DNA of 64,000 nt from contig CAWANJ010000009.1 of the NCBI GenBank assembly GCA_963783385.1, positions 864,001 to 928,000 of the forward strand. Direction: 5' to 3'. Below the pieces are notes generated by a model. That model was given only the letters and a program-made list of their open reading frames with translations. It did no database searches and was not told where the DNA came from. Of the stretch, positions 55,991-64,000 are shown piece by piece. The position numbers and the translations under genes are program-made. This stretch comes from an uncultured Gemmatimonadales bacterium. Lineage in GTDB: Bacteria > Gemmatimonadota > Gemmatimonadetes > Palauibacterales > Palauibacteraceae. Within the stretch, counting starts at the first letter, position 1, and the number at the start of each line of letters is the position of its first letter.

Positions 55991-56551
55991 CTAGCCCGCC
56001 ACGCCGTACTGGGCCACCGCCTTGACCATGTCGGTGGTGCTGAGCAGGCCGACCAGGCTCCCATCCTCCATCACGAGCACCCGGTGGACGCCCGTGCGCA
56101 GCATGTAGCGGGCGGCGTCCCGGATGCTGTCGTCGGGGCCGACCGAGGACACCTTCCGGGTCATGATCTCCTCGACGGTGTGGTCGTCGAACACGTTCCA
56201 CTCCGGCGCGTCGGGGCTGGCGAGTCGCTCGACCACGTCCACCCCAGCGTCGGCCCAGTAGGCCAGGAAGTAGGCGGCCGTGGGATCGTCGGGCGCCTCC
56301 GCGGCCCGTTCTTCCTCCTCCGAGAGGCCATCGGGCTCGGAGGGAAAGTCCCGTTCCGTCGGCGAGCCCGGCGCGTCGGCGGCGAACATGGCCAGGTCCG
56401 AGGCGCTCACCACGCCGACCACCTCGTGGCCGGCGAGCACGGGTAGGCCCGTCACTCCCGACGTGACCAGCGTCTCGGCGGCTTCCCGCAGCGTAAGGTC
56501 CGGCGACACGGTCACCACGTCCAGCGTCATGACGTCCCGTACGCGCAGCAT
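55991..56551 (-). CDS. CBS-pair domain protein
   Basis: VRDVMT..V.TV, GLPV, VEEIMT, HRVLV, GLLSTTD. Confidence 0.9.
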   Translation of the reverse strand: MLRVRDVMTLDVVTVSPDLTLREAAETLVTSGVTGLPVLAGHEVVGVVSASDLAMFAADAPGSPTERDFPSEPDGLSEEEERAAEAPDDPTAAYFLAYWADAGVDVVERLASPDAPEWNVFDDHTVEEIMTRKVSSVGPDDSIRDAARYMLRTGVHRVLVMEDGSLVGLLSTTDMVKAVAQYGVAG

Positions 56552-56897
56552 CTTGCGACTCCTCGGACTCGTGTCTCGCGTCCCCGGCATCCCCTGCCCT
56601 CGCGCCGGCCGCCGGAGCCATCCGGCCCCGTTGCGCGGAAGCTAGGGCAGGCCGTCCCGAGCGGCTGTCCTGCACTTCCCGTTTCGAAGTGTGGGGGGAT
56701 TCTCGCGGCGCGCCGGCCGCATCGTGGAGCGGGCCCGGCGCCGCTGGCAGCCAGCGCCCGCGACGCCGGCCGCGTCCCCCGCGACGGCCGGCCGCGTCCT
56801 TCGCGCTGACGTCCGCGTCGACGTCCGCGTTGACGTCCGCGCCGCCGGCCGGCATCGTGCGGCCGCGAAGGATGATCAACCCCACCAGGAGCCGAGC

Positions 56898-59800
56898 ATG
56901 TCCCGTCCCGTCGACGCCGCCCCGGGCCGCGCGCCCCGCCGTCCGCTGGCCCTCGCCGCGGCGCTCGCGGCGGTACTGGCCGTGCCCGCCGCCCTCGCCG
57001 CGGCGGCCCCGCTCCTCGCCGCTCCGCCCGCGGCGGCCGACACGACCTTCGGCGCCCTGCGCTGGCGCTCGATCGGTCCGTTCGAGGGAGGACGCGTCGA
57101 GGCGGTCACCGGCGTGCCGGGCCAGCCGAGCACCTTCTACTTCGGCGCCGTGGTCGGGGGCGTGTGGAAGACGACCGACGCGGGCGGCCACTGGCGGCCG
57201 GTGTTCGACGGGCAGCCGATCGCCTCGATCGGCGCCATCGCGGTGGCGCCCTCCGACCCCAACGTGATCTACGTGGGCACCGGCGAGCCCGACCCGCGCG
57301 GCGACATCTCGTTCGGCGACGGCGTCTACAAGTCCACCGACGGCGGCAAGACGTGGACGAACGTCGGCCTGCGCGACACGCGCCACATCGGCGACATCGT
57401 GGTCGATCCGCGCGACCCCGACGTGGTCTACGTGGCGGCGCTCGGCCACATGTTCGGCCCCAACGAGCAGCGCGGCGTGTTCCGCTCCACCGACGGCGGG
57501 AAGACGTGGGAGAAGGTCCTGTACCGGGACGAAAACACGGGCGCGGTCGACCTGTCGATCGACCCGAACAACCCGCGCGTCCTGTTCGCGGCGCTGTGGC
57601 AGGTTCGGCGCCGCCCGTGGCAGCTGGCGAACGGCGGGCCGGGCAGCGGCCTGTACGAGTCCACCGACGGCGGCTCCACCTGGACGCAGGTCCAGGGGCG
57701 CGGCCTCCCCTCGGGCACCCTGGGGCGGCTGTCCGTGTCGGTGTCGGGCGCCGACGGCGAGGTCGTCTACCTGCTGGTCAACCACAAGACGAAGGGCGGC
57801 CTGTACCGCTCCGACGACGGCGGGGCCACCTGGACGCTGGTGAACGACAGCCAGACGATCCAGCAGCGGCCGTGGTACTACTTCCGGGTGTACGCCGACC
57901 CGAAGGACCCGAACACGGTCTACGTGTGCAACTTCCTCTTCCACCGCTCGACCGACGGGGGCCGCACGTTCGGCACGATCCGGCTCCCGCACGTCGACAA
58001 CCACGCCCTGTGGATCGACCCGTCGGACCCGAGCCGCATGATCGAGGGGAACGACGGCGGCGCCACGGTCACCCTGAACGGCGGCCGCGACTGGAGCTCG
58101 GAGTCCAACCAGCCCACCGGCCAGTTCTACCACGTGAACGTCGACGACCGCTTCCCCTACTGGCTGTACGGGGCCCAGCAGGACCGCGGCACCATCGCCA
58201 TCGCCAGCGCCTCCTACCGCGGCGGGATCACCGACAAGGACTGGTACAACGTGGGCGGCGGGGAGAGCAGCTACGTGCTGCCCCGGCCGGGCGACCCGAG
58301 CGTCGTGTACGCGGGCTCCTACTTCGGCTACACCACCCGCATGGACGTGAGCACGGGGCAGACCCGGAACGTGAGCCCCTGGCCCCTGAACCCCGAGGGC
58401 GCGCCCGCCAAGGCGGTCAAGTACCGGTTCAGCTGGGTGTCGCCCACGGCGGTCGACCCGCGCCACCCGAACGTGGTGTACGCCGGCTCGCAGAAGCTGC
58501 TGAAGTCGACCGATGAGGGGGCGAGCTGGACGGAGATCAGCCCCGACCTCACCCGGAACGACACCACGAAGCAGGTACGCTCGGGCGGGCCCGGTCACCT
58601 GGGACAACGTGGGGGCCGAGTACTACGACGTGATCTACACGATCGCCCTGTCGCCGAAGGCCGAGGGCGAGATCTGGGTGGGCTCGGACGACGGGCTGGT
58701 GCACCTGACGCGCGACGGCGGGCAGCACTGGACGGACGTGACCCCGAAGGGCATGCCGACCTGGGCCAAGGTGAGCCTCATCGAGGCCTCGCCGCACGAC
58801 CCGGCCACCGCGTACGCGGCCGTGGACGCCCACAAGGCGGACGACTTCACCCCGTACTTCTACCGCACGCACGACTACGGGCAGCACTGGACCCTGATCA
58901 CCAGCGGGATCCAGGCGCCCTCGTTCGCGCGCGCCATCCGCGAGGACCCGGTCCGCAAGGGCCTCCTGTACGCGGCCACCGAGCTGGGCGTGTACGTGTC
59001 CTTCGACGACGGCGACCACTGGCGCTCGCTGCAGACCAACCTGCCCACGACCTCGGTGCGCGACCTGGCCGTCAAGGACGGCGACCTGGCCATCGCGACC
59101 CACGGCCGCGGCTTCTGGATCCTGGACGACCTGGCGCCGCTCCGGGGCTGGACGCCCGAGGTGGCCTCGGCGCCGCTGCACCTGTTCACCCCCGACACGG
59201 CCTACCGCACCGAGGCGGCGGGCGGCCGCGTGTCGCCCGGCGAGGCGGCGGGCCAGAACCCGCCGCGCGGAGCCATCCTGGACTGGTCGCTGGCCTCGGC
59301 CGCGACCGACTCGGTGCGGCTCGACATTGTGGACGGGAGCGGCGCGGTGATCCGGAGCTTCCGGCGCCCGCTGGAAGGTTCGGGCGGCTCCGCGGCGGGG
59401 TCGAGCGCCGGACGCGGCGGCGCGTCCGGCGGCCTCCCCGCCCACGCCGGCGTGAACCGCTTCGTGTGGAACCTGCGCTACGCCGGCGCCCCGCCTCTCC
59501 GGGTGCCGGGCGGCGCGGTGTTCGAGGCGGGCGGTCCGGCGGCGCCCCGCGCCTTGCCGGGCACCTACACGGTGCGGCTCACGGTGGACGGCCGCACCGA
59601 GACCGCGCCGCTGCAGGTGGCGCTCGACCCGCGCGTCGAGGCGAGCCCGGAGGACCTGCAGGCCCAGCTCGACCTCATGCTGAAGCTGCGCCAGGCGATG
59701 ACGGACGACCACGTCGCCTTCAACCGGATCGCCGGGGTGCGCGAGCAGCTGGGCGTGCTGGAGCGGCAGCTGGGGAGCGACGCGTCCCACGCCTCCGTGG

Positions 59801-60126
59801 TCGCCGCCGTGAAGAAGCTGGACGAGCGTGCCGACTCGACCGCGACGCAGCTGTTCCAGTTCCGGGCGAAGGTGCCCAAGGAGCTGTTCATGAACCACCC
59901 GGCCACCCTGAACGTGAAGCTGGCCTCGTTGCAGGGCTCGGTGGACGCGGCCGACGCGGCCCCCACCGCGCAGCAGGTGGACGTGTACGACCTGCTGCGG
60001 AAACGGCTGGACGACGTGCTGACCGAGTGGAACGAGATCCGCACCAAGGAGATCCCGGCGCTCAACGAGCAGCTGCGCGCGGCCGGGATCGGACCGGTGT
60101 TCGTGCCGGGGGGCGGCGGGGAGTAG
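56898..60126 (+). CDS. VPS10/BNR-repeat glycosyl-hydrolase-like exported protein (+1 base near 58590)
   Basis: WRSIGP..GGR, repeated S/TxDGGxTW Asp-boxes, ISPDLT, ATHGRGFWILDD, PGTYTVRL; SGGP and VTWDN join by removing one base. Confidence 0.88.
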
Positions 60127-60326
60127 GAGGCCGAGCGGGCGGAGGCTGGCCCGGGCCTCGGGTCGCGGCGACGCCTCCCTTCCCCGGCCCTTGACCGTGC
60201 GGCGAGATCGGGCGTAGATCGTTTCTTGGAAGTTCGAGGCCCCATCCGGACCCGGACCGGCGGCACCGCCGACTCCGGAGGTCGCGCTCCTCCCTGCCTC
60301 CTCACCCCGGTGCAAGGAATCCTACC

Positions 60327-61541
60327 ATGCCCGCGACGGCCCACACGCGCCCTCTCTCCCCCCGGCTCCGGGCCTCCCCCCCGATCCGGGCGGCGCTTCT
60401 CCGCACGACGCTCCTCGTGGGCCCGCTGAGCCTGCTCGCCTGCGGCGGCGGCGGCGCGAGCTCGACCGGACCCGACACGGGCAGCCTGTCGGTGACCACC
60501 AAGACGAGCGGCCAGAGCCTGGACCCGGACGGCTACACGGTGACGGTGGACGGCGGGCAGGCGACCTCGATCGGAACCAACGACTCGAAGGCGTTCGCGA
60601 GCCTGTCCCCGGGGAGCCACGAGGTCGAGCTGTCCGACGTTCGGGCCAACTGCGCGGTGGGCGGCGACAACCCGCGATCCGTGTCGATCGACGCGGGAGC
60701 CAGATCCGGCGCGCTGTTCGACGTCACCTGCCAGCAGGCGCTCGTCGACCGGATCGCGTTCTCGACGACGCGGGATGGCAACATTGAGGTCTACGTCATG
60801 AACCCGGACGGCTCGGAGCCGGTCGACCTCAGCAACGATCCGTCGAGCGACGGGAGTCCCGCCATCTCCCCGGACGGAACGAAGGTCGCGTTCGTGACCT
60901 ACCGGGACGGCAACAACGAGATCTACGTCATGAACGCCGACGGGTCCGACCCGGTGGACCTTACCAACGACGTGGCCGATGACGGGGGTCCCGCCTGGTC
61001 TCCCGACGGCTCGCAGATCGCATTCTGGACCGACCGGGACGGCAACGCCGAGATCTACGTCATGAACGCGGACGGCTCGAACCCCATTCGCCTCACCAAC
61101 AACCCGGCCGTCGACTCGAAGCCCGCGTGGTCGCCCGACGGATCGCAGATCGCGTTCGTGTCGAGCCGCCCGGGCAACGACGACGTCTACGTCATGGACG
61201 CCGCCGGCTCCGACCCCGCCGACCTCACCAACGACCCGGCGACCGACACCGATCCCGCCTGGTCTCCCGACGGATCGCAGATCGCCTTCGCGACGAACCG
61301 GGACGGCAACCTCGAGGTCTACGTCATGGGCGCCGATGGCTCGAGTCCCCTCCGGCTCACCCACGGCTCGGGCGTCGAGGTGGGTCCGACCTGGTCGCCC
61401 GACGGATCGAAGATCGCGTTCCAGGGGGACAAGAACGCGGTGGCCGACATCTGGGTCATGGACGCCGACGGCTCCAACCAGGTCGACGTCACCCTGACCC
61501 CGGCCAGCGAGGGCGAGCCCGCGTGGAGCCCGCTCCAGTAG
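60327..61541 (+). CDS. Lipoprotein with Ig-like domain and TolB-like PD40 beta-propeller (copy 1)
   Basis: AAGGA RBS, lipobox LLAC, DPDGYTV domain with Cys pair, repeated EIYVMNADGS..LT..P.WSPDG. Confidence 0.9.
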   Translation: MPATAHTRPLSPRLRASPPIRAALLRTTLLVGPLSLLACGGGGASSTGPDTGSLSVTTKTSGQSLDPDGYTVTVDGGQATSIGTNDSKAFASLSPGSHEVELSDVRANCAVGGDNPRSVSIDAGARSGALFDVTCQQALVDRIAFSTTRDGNIEVYVMNPDGSEPVDLSNDPSSDGSPAISPDGTKVAFVTYRDGNNEIYVMNADGSDPVDLTNDVADDGGPAWSPDGSQIAFWTDRDGNAEIYVMNADGSNPIRLTNNPAVDSKPAWSPDGSQIAFVSSRPGNDDVYVMDAAGSDPADLTNDPATDTDPAWSPDGSQIAFATNRDGNLEVYVMGADGSSPLRLTHGSGVEVGPTWSPDGSKIAFQGDKNAVADIWVMDADGSNQVDVTLTPASEGEPAWSPLQ

Positions 61542-61573
61542 GGCCCCGGACCGGGAAGACGAGGAGCACGATC

Positions 61574-62776
61574 ATGCGCCCGACGGCCCACGCACGACAC
61601 CTTTCCACGCTGCTCGGCGCGGCGACTCTTCGCTCGACGCTGCTCGCCGGGACGCTGGGTCTGCTGGCCTGCGGCGGTGGCGGAGGCGCCACCGGCCCGG
61701 CGACGGGCAGCCTGACCGTGACCACCTCGACGACGGGACAGGACCCGGACCCGGACGGCTACACGCTGACCCTGGACGGCGGGCAGGCGACCCCCATCGG
61801 GACGAGCGACACGCACACGTTCCCCGGCCTCTCCACCGGGAGCCACGAGATCGAGCTGGCCGACGTCCGGGCCAACTGCGGCGTGGGCGCCGACGACCCC
61901 CGGTCGGTGTCGGTGGACGCGGGGGCCACGGCCAGCACGACGTTCGACGTCACCTGCAAGCAGGCGCTCATCGGCCAGATCGCGTTCGTGGCCTTGCGGC
62001 AGTTCACGCCGCAGGTCTACGTCATGAACGCCGACGGCTCCGACCAGGTCAGCCTCGTGAACTGGCCGGCCCAGGAAGCGGCCATCTCACCCGGCGGGAC
62101 CCGGGTCGCGTTCAGCGGCCCCTCGGCCACGGCGGGCGGCCTGGACATCCACCTGGTGAACGCCGACGGCTCCAGCCGCGTCGACATCACCAACGACTCC
62201 GCCGGCCAGGACGACCATCCCGCCTGGTCGCCGGACGGGTCAAGGATCGCCTACGATCGGTACCGGAATGGCGACACCGAGATCTACGTCATGAACGCCG
62301 ACGGCTCGGATACGGCGAACCTCACGAACGACCCGGGAGCCGAGGACCGAGAGCCCACCTGGTCGCCCGACGGATCGCAGATCGCGTTCTCCACGAACCG
62401 GGACGGGAATTTCGAGATCTACGTCATGAACGCCGATGGCTCGAATCCTGTCCGCCTCACCCACGAATCCGGAGCCGTCGATTCCCATCCCGCGTGGTCG
62501 CCCGACGGGACGAAGATCGCGTTCGCGACGGACCGGGACGGGAACCTCGAGGTCTACGTGATGGACGCCGACGGCTCGAATCCGGTTCGCCTCACCCACG
62601 GCACCGGAACCGAGACGGAGCCCACCTGGTCGCCCGACGGATCACAGATCGCGTTCACGGGCGACAGGAACGCCGTGGCCGACATTTGGGTGATGGACGC
62701 CGACGGCTCCAACCAGGTCGACGTCACGATGACCCAGACCATCGAGGGCGGTGCCTCCTGGAGCCCGGTCCAGTAG
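61574..62776 (+). CDS. Lipoprotein with Ig-like domain and TolB-like PD40 beta-propeller (copy 2)
   Basis: GAGGAG RBS, LLAC lipobox, same architecture, closely similar to copy 1. Confidence 0.9.
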   Translation: MRPTAHARHLSTLLGAATLRSTLLAGTLGLLACGGGGGATGPATGSLTVTTSTTGQDPDPDGYTLTLDGGQATPIGTSDTHTFPGLSTGSHEIELADVRANCGVGADDPRSVSVDAGATASTTFDVTCKQALIGQIAFVALRQFTPQVYVMNADGSDQVSLVNWPAQEAAISPGGTRVAFSGPSATAGGLDIHLVNADGSSRVDITNDSAGQDDHPAWSPDGSRIAYDRYRNGDTEIYVMNADGSDTANLTNDPGAEDREPTWSPDGSQIAFSTNRDGNFEIYVMNADGSNPVRLTHESGAVDSHPAWSPDGTKIAFATDRDGNLEVYVMDADGSNPVRLTHGTGTETEPTWSPDGSQIAFTGDRNAVADIWVMDADGSNQVDVTMTQTIEGGASWSPVQ

Positions 62777-62778
62777 GC

Positions 62779-64000
62779 TCAGCGCCAGGTGCGCCGCAGC
62801 GGGTGCGCCTCGGTGTTGAACACGACCGCGAGGGTGTCGCGGGCGCCGGCGCTCGTCCCCGACGCCCCGGTCGAGTCCGCCGCGGCCGTGTCCGCCCCGG
62901 CCACCCTATCGGTCCCCGCCCACGTCCTCAATTTCAGCGCCGAGTCGGGCGAGAACAGCAGCCACGCGTACTTGAGGGTCTCGGCCAGGAAGTAGGAGGG
63001 CATGCGGTCGGCGCGCTCCCCGGTGCGCACGTCCTTCAGGGCGGCGAAGCCCGCGTCGGTGCGGCAGCGCTCGACGATCGCCTCGAACATCCTGCGGCCC
63101 ATCTCCCGGTAGCGGACGTCGCCGGTGGCGCGCCACAGGTAGAAGGCCGACTCGAGCGCCTCGGGGCGGAGCTCGTAGCCGGGGCTCACGATCTTCATGG
63201 TCCGGTAGTCCATGACCTCGGGCTCGATCCCCCACCGCTCCCACATCGTGTCGACCGAGGCCATGAGCGGGACCGCGCGGCCGAGGAGCGTGTCCGCGAG
63301 GACGGGCATCGAGTCGGCGCGTAGGGCCTCCGAGCCCAGGGTCAGGGCGCCCGGGAAGAAGGCGTCCAGGGCCCCGAAGTGGGCGGCGCCGCGCTTCCCG
63401 GTCCGCATGTCGGCGTGGCCGTACCAGGCGCCGGTCGGACCGCGGTCCGCCAGGTAGCGACCCGCGGCCGACACGCTGGTGCTCCACATGTCCAGGAAGT
63501 CGGGGTCGCCGAACAGGAGCCACGCCTTGAGCAGGTACTCGTAGTAGGAGTCGATCCCGCCGCTCACGTGGCTGTCCGAGGTCGGTCCACTTCCCCGTCC
63601 GCACGTCGATCCCGCTCCCCACCAGCCCGATGTTCGAGCGCCGCTCGTACAGGGCGGTCACGGCGCGCTTGGCGTCGTGGTAGTAGATCGTGTCGCCCGT
63701 CAGCTTCGAGAGGGTCCCGAACTCGAGCATCAGGGTGCCGACCTCGGCCGGGTTCGACACCGGGCCGGAGACGGCGCCGGTGCGCAGGTTCACGAACCTG
63801 TAGGGCATCCCGGTGGGCGAGCCGAACGCGGGCAGGAGCCGGTGGCCCAGGTCCTCGGCCAGGGCCAGGAAGCGCGGATCGCCGTCCATTTGGTAGGCGG
63901 ACAGGAGCCCGCCCAGCATCCGGATGGTGATCTCGAACACTTGCACCCGCTGGCTCCGGTCGAAGGACAGGCTGTCCAGGATCATCGACTTCGCCCGGGC
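62779..64000 (-). CDS. Glycoside hydrolase family 47 (alpha-1,2-mannosidase-like); 5' end outside window, frameshift near 63580
   Basis: VFEITIRMLGGLLSAY, AEVGTLMLEF, GGIDSYYEYLLK, LRPEALES, SYFLAETLKY, FNTEAHP. Confidence 0.92.

Noticed and set aside
56808-56843. Three tandem 12-bp units GACGTCCGCGYY upstream of the VPS10 gene
   Set aside because: Short GC-rich microrepeat with no further support for function.
60780-62770. Regularly spaced DNA repeats as a possible CRISPR array
   Set aside because: They are in-frame PD40/WSPDG coding repeats with no unique spacers, and no cas genes are present.

Overview
Very GC-rich bacterial DNA. The gene families present (barrel-less CarboxypepD_reg+plug paralogues, VPS10-type hydrolase, PD40 lipoproteins, EcxA-type metzincin) suggest Gemmatimonadota; this is an inference. 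The window has four parts. (1) 1-3096: an electron-transfer cluster with the C-terminal porin half of a Cyc2-type cytochrome-porin, a monoheme cytochrome c, a type-1 blue copper protein and a diheme cytochrome c lipoprotein. (2) 3314-14160: a decayed ~10.8 kb island at the 3' half of tRNA-Ser(UGA), with a diverged att copy at 3314-3364 and no integrase left. Inside it, a ~9.5 kb segment is bounded by a perfect 49-bp direct repeat. It carries enzymes without evident signal peptides (EEP phosphodiesterase, FAD lactone oxidase, SGNH-PLAT esterase, a propeller-like protein) that share a short degenerate '[ST]-[FLV]-R...G...P-x-[SRG]-L-R' motif, plus a beta-repeat/coiled-coil spike-like protein and many gene scraps. 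(3) 14.6-50.4 kb: core and peptide-scavenging genes (lepB, S9/M20/M61/metzincin peptidases, POT/SSS/DASS/EamA/MFS transporters, GNAT+NSAR/OSBS, hutUIF, murB, glgP, glgA, tonB). (4) 50.4-64 kb: a DUF542/DUF59/DUF2249 membrane cluster with a SufR-like regulator, a permease, a CBS protein, a VPS10 hydrolase, two tandem TolB-like lipoproteins and a GH47. Several single-base frameshifts in otherwise intact genes look like long-read assembly errors. All family calls come from motif recognition by eye; no searches were run.
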